Below the pieces are notes generated by a model. It saw nothing but the letters and a program-made list of their open reading frames with translations, did no database searches and was not told the DNA's origin. This document shows, one piece after another, positions 39,516 to 55,176 of a DNA stretch of 64,000 bases. The translations under genes were made by a program, and so were the position numbers. This stretch comes from Neoconidiobolus thromboides FSU 785 (taxonomy: Eukaryota; Fungi; Entomophthoromycota). The stretch spans positions 248,001 through 312,000 of the forward strand of contig MU626261.1 of assembly GCA_025603075.1 (NCBI GenBank), written 5' to 3'. Each line of letters opens with the position of its first letter. Position 1 is the stretch's first letter.

Positions 39516-41131
39516 ATGACAACTCAATCACCAACACCTTTGCCATGGAAGCAGATAAGTATATTGTTGGCAGTAAGATTTGCTGAACCCGTAGCATTCA
39601 CCATCTTTTTTCCATTTATGTACCAAGTAAGTCTCCATCTGTCAAAGAACAATCCAGTTAACATTACAAATCTAGATGGTAAAAAGCTTTCACTTAAGTG
39701 AGAACAGTGGTGATATAGCTTATTATGCTGGTTTTGTAGCTTCTTCTTTTGCTATAGCTCAATTTATTTCTGGTAGGTTACATTTTAATTTTATAAATGA
39801 TAAAACTATTTTAAAAAATTAACTAATCTCTTTCCTTTAAATAGGCGTCCCTTGGGGTATGTTATCTGATAAAATAGGTCGAAGACCAGTAATATTGTTA
39901 GGGCTTTTAGGAACAGCTTCAAGTTTAACGCTATTTGGATTAAGTAAAAGTTTACCTTTTGCTATAGTTACTAGAAGTTTATGTGGATTACTAAATGGTA
40001 ATGTTGGAGTTATAAAGTCAATGATGGCCGAATTGACAGATAATAGCAATAGAGGTAAGACGATCTGAATTTTTTGTTTTTTTGTTAATAATTCAACTTA
40101 TTTTATGTAGCTAAAGGGTTTTCTTTATTACCTATGATGTTTGGCTTAGGGTCCATTGTTGGTCCAACATTAGGAGGCTTTTTATCAGAACCGGTAAAAA
40201 GCTATCCTAGTTTATTTATCGAAGATACTCTGTTGAAACGATTTTTGTCTGAATTTCCTTACTTTTTACCTTGTTTTGTATCCTCTTCATTGTGTCTCAT
40301 AGGATGTATATTTGGCTACTTTTATCTTGAAGAAACCTTAGAAAGCAAGATAATCTCAAGAAACACTTCTAAAGAGAGTTTATTAACCCAAGAAGGAAGG
40401 AGAGAAACTTATAATAGCATATCAATCAATAAAGAAGATGATCAAAATATACCAAAAGCATCTTGGGTGACGATGTTAGGTTATATAGGCTTATCCTTAC
40501 AAACAGTTATGATTGATGAGCTGTTTCCTGTTTGGGCAAGTACCTATCAAGTAGATGGCGGTTTAGGGTTTAAGCCCCCTCAAATTGGTACTCTGTTTGC
40601 TTATGGCGGGGTAGCTTTGTTAGTTATACAGATCTTGTTTTATACACCGATACAACAAAAGTTTGGTAGTTTAAAGTTATATCAAATGGTTTATTTTGTT
40701 TATACACCTATTTTAATGCTTTATCCAATTGCTGCTAGCTTCCATAGTAAAACATTGTGGGCATACTTGTTGTTCTTAACTACGTTTAGGACTGCTTGTG
40801 GCGTATTCGCCTTCACTTCGGCAAATATTTTGGTAAGTCTGAAGTTGATCTTTGATTTTTTTTGCTTACGATACTATTTATTTATTAGATAGCTGAGACT
40901 TGTCCAAATAAAAAGATATTGGGGAAAGTGAATGGGATTGCCCAATGTTTAGGGTCTCTAATGAGGGCTGCTGGCCCTACTTTGGCTGGTGTCGCTTACT
41001 CTTGGAGTTTGAAAAATTCTTCACAATATATTATATTTAAATATCCTTTTACTTGGATCTTGATTGCTATTATTTCCTTCATTAATTTAATTGTTGCTAG
41101 ATTTATTTCGCCTAATGATTTGTTGGAATAA
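39516..41131 (+). CDS. MFS transporter (tetracycline-resistance/ZIFL/YCR023C-like)
   Basis: Motif A WGMLSDKIGRRPVILLG, RSLCGLLNGNVGVIKSMMAELTD, GSIVGPTLGG, PYFLPC, GKVNG..SLMRAAGP. Confidence 0.9.
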
Positions 41132-41399
41132 AATTAGATTGCTTAATAGTTAAGCATAAACATGAATCATGATATATATTCAAGTATTTTGCTATTATAC
41201 TATGTTTAATAAACCTGTATTAATGTTATTCGTAGATATTATATTCAAGATTACTACAAATAGAATTAACTAGAGGAGCTCTACTTATCTTATCTACAAC
41301 CTGAGACAAAAAAAATCAACTAACCCTTCTAGGCATAATAATTCAATAGATCTTTTAACAGAATATCAGATACATAGTCAAGGCTTATTTGTATTTTAA

Positions 41400-42041
41400 A
41401 GAATAAACCAAAAAACTACTTTTTTACCTTTTCAAAAACAGCGCTCCCTATATCCTAGGGACTTCAATGCTTTTTTAGTAATACTTTCTTTGTCAATATA
41501 TAAAAGTTTTACCAGGATGCCCCTTATTTATCAAATCGATGCTATTTAAATATAAAAAATATGCCATATATTATTGACTCAATTTTTATATAAATATGAC
41601 ATGCTTTATAATCTACGTTGCTCTTAGCAGTGTCCAGCGTAGCAAAATTTAGCTCCCATTTGATTTAATATCCTTACCCTCAACTGTTAGAAGATAGTTT
41701 TTAAAAAATAACTTTAAGATAAAGTAAATATTTGACAAATTGGTATCTTATTTTATAAACAAATTTGTTTATTTTTTTAATTTCACTACTTGTATATGCT
41801 GCTTTTATGATGTGAGTGGCCCAACACACAAAATTGGTGTATTAAGGTTCTTGAAATCAATTGGTAGAGCATAATTCAGAATCCTTATATAATAAAATTC
41901 TTGTTTCATTATAATATATTTTGTTTCTGTTACGTATCTAGATAATTTATAGAGCTGAACTTCTTGAAACTAAATTGAATCTACTACATTTGTATCAGGC
42001 ACTTTAGAGCTAAAACACTCACGCAAATCGCACAATTTCAT
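41400..42041 (-). pseudogene. Probable decayed Zn2Cys6 gene, related to 29018-30691
   Basis: Broken frames contain *YKCSRFNLV (intact paralogue CYQCNRLNLE), DFKNLNTPI (NLSNLKPI) and IRG, among many stops. The 3' limit is approximate. Confidence 0.4.
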
Positions 42042-42243
42042 TGTTTAGTTTTACTTTATCTTACTATAATCAAATAGGCTCAATTCCACCAATTCAAAAA
42101 ATTTTAAACTTTACCTCCATTATTGAAAATTTTGGGAGTTCTAACTCTTCAAAGTTCAAAAAATATACCAATTTTAGTATATCATAATACAATCCACTTT
42201 AAATTATAAAATATTCTCAATAAATTAAATGTTAAAACATAAA

Positions 42244-42337
42244 TGCTCCTGGCGGGGTTCGAACCCGCGACCTTCGCGTGTCTTAGATATAATTTTACTT
42301 ATAAGCACGACGCATTAAACCACTTTGCTACAGGAGC
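42244..42337 (-). tRNA. tRNA-Ile(UAU) with ~18-nt intron
   Basis: GCTCCTG acceptor stem pairs with CAGGAGC; D-loop AGTGGTT; anticodon CT-TAT-A followed by an AT-rich intron; T-arm GCGGG TTCGAAC CCCGC. Closely resembles the yeast Ile-UAU layout. Confidence 0.92.
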
Positions 42338-42555
42338 TTGTGTAAGAAAATTAAAAATATAATATAAACATTAAAATACAGATTTCCAATTATAGTTAAC
42401 TAAAGTAACTTTTTCTAACATGGCAGTTGAACTATTATGCTAAACTTCCTAAGGTTTTAAAATTATAAAAGGAGATGAGGTTTAATTAAAAATTAATAAA
42501 ATAGTTTTTTTCATAATTTAAATTTAATTTTGATTTATTTTAAACTATAACTTGT

Positions 42556-46438
<3,883 letters not shown>

Positions 46439-46591
46439 AACCTGGATCAAATTTTTATTTATATTAAATAGTGTATGATTTTTGAATTCTTCATTAAATA
46501 TTTATTAACATAAAAATAATAACATCAAATTAATACTTTATCAAAGCATTTCACAATTTAGTTGTTTTTTTACAAAATATTTTTATCATAT

Positions 46592-46688
46592 GGGGCTGTT
46601 TTTTTTAGTTTCATTATCCTTCCATTTTTTAAGCGCTATTTGAGTGGAAAGATTATAGTAAAATTCTTAAACACAAAAATACATTCCC
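46592..46688 (-). mobile_element. MITE copy n, between convergent 3' ends
   Basis: GGGGCTGTTTTTTT..TTAAGCGCTATTTGAGTGGAAA..AAAATACATTCCC; flanks ATAT/ATAT. Confidence 0.9.
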
Positions 46689-46770
46689 ATATGTTATTTA
46701 TTTTACTGTAGTATAGTAGATAAATTTAGACTTCATTCATTTTAACAAAAATTTAACTTTTAATGTGAGT

Positions 46771-48863
46771 TTAATGTTCTGATCCATAAAGATCAAATTG
46801 AGCAGCAAGTTCATTAACTTGCTTTGAAGAAAACTTATTAAGGCGAATTAAATCACGGGCCGTATCCACCTTATTAAAGAGATTCCAAAGCATGACACCT
46901 ACCAAACGATCTTCACGGAAGTAAAAGACCAAACCTTTATTATATTCCTTTTCATTACTATCCTTATTTCTTACCCAAACTCCTGAAGTTTCAAGTTGTG
47001 AATCTACAAGTCCAATAGCTTCATATCCAATCTTAGGTCCAAGATCAGACCAAAACATAGATTGATGAGTATAAGCACGTTTAGGTCCTACCATATTTTC
47101 ACCTGCATGTCTTCCAGAAAGTGCGGCATGATCATGGTGTTCAACGCGGCGACGACCAAGAGCTATATCATGATATGATGATACATCACCAGCAGCAAAA
47201 ACATCACCTCGACTTTCTAACTCTGCATTTACTAAAATACCACCACGCTTTTCGTCAATCTCTAAACCAGCTTCTTTGGCTAATTTATCGTTTGGTGAAA
47301 TACCAACTGCAACAACAACATGATCTACTTCTACTTTATTTCCATCTTGTAAGTGAATTTCTACCTTTCCACCAGTAGATTCTTTTAACTCAGATACCTT
47401 TGAGTTAGCGCAGATAGTAACACCTTCATCTTGGATCTTTTTAGTTGACCAAGCAGTTAAATAAGCAGGGAAAACGTTAGCCATGTTACCACTTTCAGGG
47501 AAAAGCTGGGTTACTTTAGTATCGGATTTCTTTCCGCGAGTGGCTAAAGCATAAGCCAATTCAGAGCCTAAAAATCCTCCACCGATGACAGCAACATGTT
47601 TACCAGATGCAGTCAATTCATCTAAAGTTCTAAAATCAGCTATATTACGATAAGTAGAAATCTTATTTTTGATAGTTTCAGGAGCACTTTGAACTACTGG
47701 TAAAGTCTTTGGTGTACCACCAGTAGCAATGAGAAGTTTACCATATGCGATACGTTTATCATTATTTAAAGTAATAACTTTACGCTCAACATTTAATTTA
47801 GACACAGCAGCACCTAAAATGATCTTTGTCTTTTTATCGTTGGAGGCATAAAGCGTATCTTTATCTACAGTTTCGTAGTCTTCTTTTTTACCATAAACAA
47901 GATGACGTTCAGTACCTTGCCAGTCCTTAAAGTTAAGAGTTTCCCCAACCTTTGGATCTTCTGAGAACCACAACTCTTTTGAAAGTGGTGGACGCATATA
48001 TGGGGCAACTACCTCTTCAGACACAATTAAAATATCTGCTTCTGGGTCTTTTTGTTTGATTGCTTTCATGGCACTGAAAGTAGCGGTACCTCCACCAACT
48101 AAGATGTATTTATAGTATACTTTAGCACGTTGGTCTTTTTTATCTTCTCCTTCTAAAGGCAAGATTGTTTGCTTTGGTTCTATTGGAGCTTTAAGTTCGG
48201 ATGCAACTTCTGCATCTTCTGAAACAGTTACTTTTTCTTCTAACACTTTCAAAGCCTCATTTGCTTTCTCGGATGCTTGATCTTTGATCTCTTCAACTTT
48301 CTCAGAAATAGCTTCAGTTGCTTTTGATATCCCTTCATTTATTTTTTCTTGAACTTCAGAGACCTTTTCGGCTACATTTTTGGAATCAACGATGGTATCC
48401 TTTGAGTCATCTACTTTTTCGAGTTGGAGATCTTGAGAGATAGTATGAGTATTGATATTTGAGTTTTGTTTTTCTTCAACAAGAATATCATCCTTTTCAA
48501 TATACTCGGCTGGATCTTTATCTAAAGATATCATCTTTCCTTTATAGTCTTTGGGTGGCGAAGTCATATAGAATAACTAAAAAATAAGCTAAATAATATA
48601 TAAAGCAAAATGAACTTACACTTCCAGTTAAAAAGAGGGTGGAAAGGATCTATTTTGAACGTTATTAAACAAGATAATTACTTTTTTAAATATCTTACAA
48701 TCCATTTCTTGTCGCTTTCTTTAACGTTTACACTGGGCTCAGGTTTAGTGGAATAACCATGCCTTGAAGACAAGTTAACCCTTTTAGTTTGAAAATTGGT
48801 TGTCCTTTTTACACACTTCAATAATGAGGCCGATTTGGAAACGCTACTTAGGTTTCTTAACAT
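46771..48863 (-). CDS. AIFM1: Apoptosis-inducing factor, AIFM1-type mitochondrial FAD/NADH oxidoreductase
   Basis: Presequence-like exon MLRNLSSVSKS; YILVGGGTA, PYMRPPLSKELW, LIATGG, IGGGFLGSELA, RVEHHDHA, HQSMFWSDLGP..GYEAIG. Confidence 0.9.
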
Positions 48864-49099
48864 TTCTATACTTTGATTAAATAGAGATTATTGATTATTA
48901 CAAATCAAGTTTTTCGTTATATAATTTTTTAAACCAATAGATTCGATTCAAACTGAGAATTGTTTGAAGCGTAATTGCATTATGAAATAGTACACTATGA
49001 TATTTATATTTATATGTTTATTATATAAAATAAATTTGAAATTTAAATATGTTAAAACAATATAATAGTATGGTAACTATAGTTAAAAGTACATTTTAT

Positions 49100-49764
49100 T
49101 TAAAGCTCTAATTCCACTTTAACACCCAAAAGTTGAGAAAGTTCTTTCGATAATATGCTATCTAAGGACTCACCATCTCTAGAATAAAACCACAAATTAC
49201 TTTTAGTATCGAAATCGTAACGTTTAGGACCACTATGAAATAAATTTTAGTCCTTTTTAATGGTTTATAATGTTTTACCTAATTGGTGATGAAAGCCATA
49301 TCTGTTTGTTGGGTGGCTGTTTATTTATTACGTAGGTACCTAAATTCCCAAGCTTTAAGGTTAAAACTCCACTCTAAGTAAAACCAGTCAACAGATTTAA
49401 AAGAATAAAAGTAATTATGTACCGAATATTCAAGATCAAATGTATCGTCACCTTCTTCTTGAATCAATTCTTCTAACTGATCTAGCAAATTAGATAAACT
49501 TTGCTCTGATACTTTATAATAGCGTTCAGCCGTAAGTTCACTAAATGTTTTAATTTAATGTGCTGATTAACATTGTATTAAATACCTTGTTTTAAACTTT
49601 GATATAGTATGAGCGTTGGAATAACTTTGGTTTACATTTAAGGAGACTCTGCTTAATCGGCTTGAACATAATTTTTTAGCTGATAAATGGGTCGCTGGTT
49701 TTAAAAACTGTGAAGCCCTTGGAAGAGCATTTCTTGTTATATACTTCAATATGTTTGTATTCAT
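49100..49764 (-). CDS. FXN: Frataxin (mitochondrial, Fe-S cluster assembly)
   Basis: Basic presequence, then spliced exons DLEYS|[35 protein letters not shown]. These exons are below the track's length cut-off. Confidence 0.92.
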
Positions 49765-50369
49765 TTATAATAAAATTATTTTTGTAAAATTATTTTTGAT
49801 TTTTATTATGCAATTTTCAGTTAAATTTTAAAATCAGTCGGATTTAAGTCTTTTTATTGGTCTGGATAACCATGGATGTGTTGAAAATTGTTTTTGAAGT
49901 TTAACTTTTTTGTAGTGTCAATAGTTAAAAGATATTGTATATAATTGAAATTAGCAACAATGTTTTGAAGTAAACATAAAACTAATGCTTGTATATTACT
50001 AACGATAACCCAGTTTATTTCTTAAATATCTTGTTATTCGTTATAGCTATAGAACTTAATGCTATGAACTTGAAATCGACGCTATTCTAATTTTCAATAA
50101 TTTATATCCGAAAGTTATTAAAGTTGTATTTTTAACATCAACCCTATACAAATATCTAAATTTTTATTTGCAATAGATTATTAATCTATCAATGTTAAAC
50201 ATATGTAAATTATAAACATTAGCTATAAAAGGCAAAGAAATTTATTAGTTTTTTTCAATTCTAACAAATAAAAAATAGGTTTGAGCTTTTAGAAATAATA
50301 CTAAATCAAATTTAATAGTTATAAGTTGGCTATGTCGAATAAAATAAAAGGAATGGTAGTTATAAGCAG

Positions 50370-50837
50370 CTATAAAGGTAATTCTAAATATTGTAAAGAC
50401 TTGACATCATGGGACAGGAAGGAGTGTAAGCATTGAAAAAACAAATCTTTACTAAACAATAAAGAATAATTAGCATACTCGTTACTGCTTAAAAAAGGCG
50501 CCAAAAAAGATTTAAGAAATGACAGATTTAAATCAGAAGCAAACAAATAATTAAATTGATATTCCTTTACTATAGTTTTAATATTATATATATCTTCCTT
50601 ACTTACAATAATCAATTGCAAACTAGAATGCTTCAATAAAGGATGGCTTTTAATTCCTTTTAATAAGTTTAAGCTAAATGAATTAAATAAGTCTTTGACA
50701 TATATCAGCCAAATATATTCCACTTTTAGATCTTTGAGTTGTAACTCATACATATCATCAAAATAAGTAATGAAAAAAGGATGATCCAATATCTTTTTAA
50801 GCGTCTCTTTTTTTAACTGATATTTTGGAACCAACAT
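50370..50837 (-). CDS. Possible redoxin/AhpC-TSA-like (PRXL2/FAM213-type) fold protein lacking the CxxC motif
   Basis: 155-aa ORF with the pattern L.LKDL..IWLIYVKD..LQLIIVSKE..IK.IVKEYQFNYLFASDLN. No cysteine at the expected active-site position. Confidence 0.4.
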   Translation of the reverse strand: MLVPKYQLKKETLKKILDHPFFITYFDDMYELQLKDLKVEYIWLIYVKDLFNSFSLNLLKGIKSHPLLKHSSLQLIIVSKEDIYNIKTIVKEYQFNYLFASDLNLSFLKSFLAPFLSSNEYANYSLLFSKDLFFQCLHSFLSHDVKSLQYLELPL

Positions 50838-51429
50838 TTTGATTTTTTATTAGTACTTTAATATTTCTTCTGTTTAAATAGCAATTGCTATACCAAATGT
50901 CTTTCAACCTCAACATTTTGCTTATTTATAAAATTACATTTCTTTAAGCTCACTAATTTTCAAATCAAAAAATGATTTAGTAGTAAAATTAAAAGCTGCT
51001 TTTAACCGCCATAATTCTTTTTTGTTATCAGATCTTTAAATAGTTCTAACTTCTAAAGCACCTCTGCTGTGGTGATAAAATACAGGAAATTTCAAATATT
51101 ATTTACTGCCTTTGAAAGAATACTTTAAATTATTTCATATTAACTAAAAGCTATTATTAAATAATATAGCTACATTAGTCAGCTTGGAATAAAATTAAAT
51201 CATTTCATTAATTTGTATTTCCAGCAATTTCTAGAAATCGATGGCCCAATTGCTATGCGTAAAGCCATCCTTAGCCAATGGTTAAAAGCTTATGACCATA
51301 AAGCGGAATCTCGGCCCATGATAGGCTCGAAACTTAGGTGAAAAAAACTCAAAAAAGTATATAAAATACTAACTTGTGAGATAAGCTTCGTTTATAAAAA
51401 TATACTTTAGATCTTAGATAAAAACAAAA

Positions 51430-52061
51430 ATGAGTAAGTTTAAACATAAACATTAAATGAACAAAATATTAACTCATAACTAGGTTTAATTCAAAAAGAC
51501 GCCCCTAACTTCACTGCCACTGCTTTAATTGATGGCCAATTTAAACAGGTTTCCTTAAGCGATTACGCTGGAAAATACGTTGTCTTATTCTTCTATCCAA
51601 AAGACTTCACCTTTGTATGCCCAACTGAAATTGTTGCTTTCTCTGAGGCTGCTTCCAAATTTGAAGCCCTTAATACCGTTGTATTAGGTGTATCTACTGA
51701 TAACGAATTTTGTCACTTAGCCTGGACTGAAAAGCCACGTAACCAAGGTGGTCTTGGTAAAGTCAATATTCCTTTAATTGCTGATACCAACCACAAGATC
51801 TCAAGAGCTTACAATGTTCTCATTGAAGAAGAAGGTATTGCTCTTAGAGGCTTATTCATCATTGATACCAAACAAAAGGTCCGTATCTTACAAGTTAACG
51901 ATCTCCCAGTTGGTCGTTCAGTTGAAGAAACTTTACGTTTACTAGAAGCCCTCCAATTCACTGAAGAGCATGGTGAAGTTTGCCCCGCTAACTGGGCTAA
52001 GGGTAAGGATACCATTGTTCCAGATGTACAAGGTTCTAAAGAATTTTTCTCTAAACAATAA
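51430..52061 (+). CDS. TSA1: Typical 2-Cys peroxiredoxin
   Basis: ATG A|intron|GT TTA; [13 protein letters not shown] (peroxidatic Cys), [26 protein letters not shown] (resolving Cys). Confidence 0.95.
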
Positions 52062-52556
52062 ATTTATTTTTAATGCTTAATTTTTTTTGTAATTATCGCA
52101 ATTTTTGTTAATTTCGATTAATTTAGTCATTTTATTATCAAATTTTAAATACTTTATCTGATACCAATTTCAAGAAATTCATTATTGTTTATTCGACTGT
52201 ACATAATTAAATAACCCAATTTTATTCGATAAGTAAGCTAAACCAAGATTTGATACTTAAATTGCTATTCATTATTGAAGTTTTGATAAATTCTTCTGGC
52301 CACTCAAAGCATTCAATACCTTTACTATAAACGACATATTATATACCCCATAATTCACGCTTAACGATTTCCCCTTTTACGCTTACACGCCAATTCCACG
52401 TAAATAAAATTAAATAAAAATGTCAATTTTAACCAATCAGTTCATAACCTTAGCTTACTTTTATTAAAAAAATATAGCAAAAAACTAAAACTTATTTATT
52501 TATAAACTCAATTAGTCAAAATTCAATACTCAAACATACATCACAGCGGCATAAAC

Positions 52557-53693
52557 ATGCCAGAAGAGAGGAGATATATACGGGAGGTATGGGCCTCTAA
52601 CCTCTCTAAAGAAATGGAGTACATTCGTAGCATTATTAAAGACTATAATTACATTGCCATGGTAAATTTATTATAGATTGATATTGGCAGAATTTAATCA
52701 AATTTAAGGATACTGAGTTTCCAGGTACTGTAGCTAAACCATTAGGAAAATTTAAGAGCCCTAGTGACTTGACGTATCAGACAGTCAGAGCTAACGTGGA
52801 TCTTTTAAAGATGATTCAACTAGGTATCTCCTTTTCAAATGAAAAAGGAGAACAACCACCTGATGCCACAACTTGGCAATTTAATTTCAAGTTCAGTTTA
52901 GAGTAAGTGGCTTTCTGCTTTTAAATTTTAGTAATCTCATTATTTATAGTATGGATATGTATTCTCAAGATTCGATTGACCTTTTGATTAACTCAGGACT
53001 TGACTTTAAAAAACACGAAGATTATGGAATTGATCCTCATGATTTTGGTGAGATATTAATGTCCTCTGGACTGGTCTTATTAGAAAATGTTACATGGATC
53101 ACTTTCTCTAGGTAATTTAAAACAAGCATAGATAAAGTATAATTATTAATGATTTTAGTGCCTATGATTTTGCGTACCTTTTAAAAATCTTATCGGGAAA
53201 ATTATTACCACCAGATGAAGAAGGATTCTACAATGTATTAAAACTTTATTTCCCTAACTTTTATGATATCAAATATTTAATGAAGTGTTGCAAAACCCTT
53301 GGTGGTGGACTGAAAGAAATTGCCGAGACCCTGCAAGTATAATTTATTTTTATTTAATCTTTGAATTTCAATTTACACCTAATAGATTGCAAGAGTTGGT
53401 CAAGCACATCAAGCAGGTTCCGATTCTTTGGTAACTCTGATGGCGTTTTTCAAAATGAGAAACACTTTCTTTGAGGGAATAATTGATGATAATAAATTTT
53501 TGTAAGTTCGTTTAGGGCAATTATAATCGGAGTATTTAAATTTTTTAGGAGTATATTGTACGGTATTGGACCAGGCGCTGTTGGACATGTGCCATCAGCT
53601 TTCGTTTCAGCGGTTTATGCTAGCGGGTCAGTAGTAGGGACCCCTTTATCAACACCCAATCTGATGTCAGGTCAAAGTACTTTCATAGGCTAA
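52557..53693 (+). CDS. CAF1: CCR4-NOT deadenylase subunit Caf1/Pop2
   Basis: YIAM|DTEFPG, NVDLLKMIQLG, TWQFNF, YDFAYLLK, YDIKYLMK, HQAGSDSLVT; DEDD nuclease residues present. Confidence 0.93.
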
Positions 53694-53907
53694 ATAAGGA
53701 ATTCTTTAACCATAAAGTCAAATGCTTGATAGATATGCTTTTAAATTTTTATTATGGCTTTACTGATTTTTTATTGCTTTAGCTTACAAGTGATAGAATT
53801 AAATTAAATCATAAAGACATTAAATATAAACTGAAATAAAGAATTCAGCATTTAAATTTTCATCTGTTTATTATAGTTTGTTTTTAAAAGCCATTAATCT
53901 GTTCCAT

Positions 53908-54691
53908 TTAGTCTCTTTTTCTGCTTGAGTTAAATGGACTGCGGGTTGAATTTCTGCGAAATTGTCCGTTTCTAACCGGGGATGTATGGCGAGCAGAATA
54001 GTCCCTATACCTTTCTTCGTTTCCTCCACGCGGTCTATATTCCCTTTTATCTAAACGTCTTATTTTATCACCATTAGAAATATCTCTATATTTACTGACT
54101 AAATATAAATGGATTAATTCATTTACAATATTCAATATCAATTTACCTGGTACTCCAGGGTTTGGGCTTGAAGGAAAGAAAGTATAGTTAGGTTCATTGG
54201 AGCAATGTTTTGCAAAACTAAAGTCAAATTAATGTGAGTCGTATTATTGATAAGTCAGTTACTCTCCAATTTTATAAATCCTTCCAGTTGTTCTATTTAT
54301 CACTACTTGTCTTTTTCCTTCGTGTAATCTAATATATCTTATTTTCTTATTAATCTGAGCTTTAAATAGTTATGCTTTTAAATACCCTTCTACTATTAAT
54401 AAAACATCCGATTCTTTAATATCTTCCCCTTGCTCTCCAAAAATAGTTAGCTCTATTGAACCAGAAGAATCACTACACCAAAAACTATAGATCGTTGGAT
54501 GATCTGGATATGTGATTGCTTGAACTATAATATATTAAACTTTGCTGTTTACTATTAAGCTAATAGCTACCTCTCTTTATAATAATAACTTCATAGTTTT
54601 GAATGACTCTTCTAGAAGTGGCGTCCCTCAACAAGGTGATTGGTAAATCTTTTCTTAAGTCTTCAATTTGCTTAAGAGTTGGATGATCCAT
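53908..54691 (-). CDS. Single OB-fold ssDNA-binding protein, NABP/hSSB1 (SOSS-B)-like, with Arg-rich tail
   Basis: Spliced by eye: YEVIIIKRV..CSDSSGSIELTIFGEQGEDIKESDVLLI..GRIYKIGDF..NEPNY aligns in register with hSSB1 VADKTGSINISVWDD..IQPGDIIRL..KIGEF..EVPNF (recalled from memory). Confidence 0.7.
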
Positions 54692-55176
54692 CCTTTAAAA
54701 ATCATTACTTAAGTTCTAGGCTGATTTTTAAATTCAAGTTTTGTGTTAAGCCTTTTACTGAGCATAAAATAGTTGGCTTTACCCAATTAAGGGTGACGTT
54801 TCAAACTTTTTTTGGGAGTTTAAAAATTCAGCTAAAATGTAAATAAAATTATCCGCTAATTTGCATCTTAATTTGCAAAAGTTCTATGCCTAATTTCAGT
54901 TGATCAAGAAAAAGAGTATTTTCTTAGTATTTTCCCTGTGTTTGCAAAATCTATAAAAACCAAAACTGGAAAGAAAATTGAGCCTTAGACATAAACAATC
55001 TATCTCAAATGGTGTTTTGAAAGATGAGTGTCTATTATCATCTGATACTCTAAAGTAAAACACATCGATTTCATAAAACAGCTAAGAATTGCGTTATTCT
55101 CGAAAAACATTCGTAATCAATGAAATTGAAGTATAAAAACTCAAATTTATTGCCTGATTTCTTTTTTATAATAATT

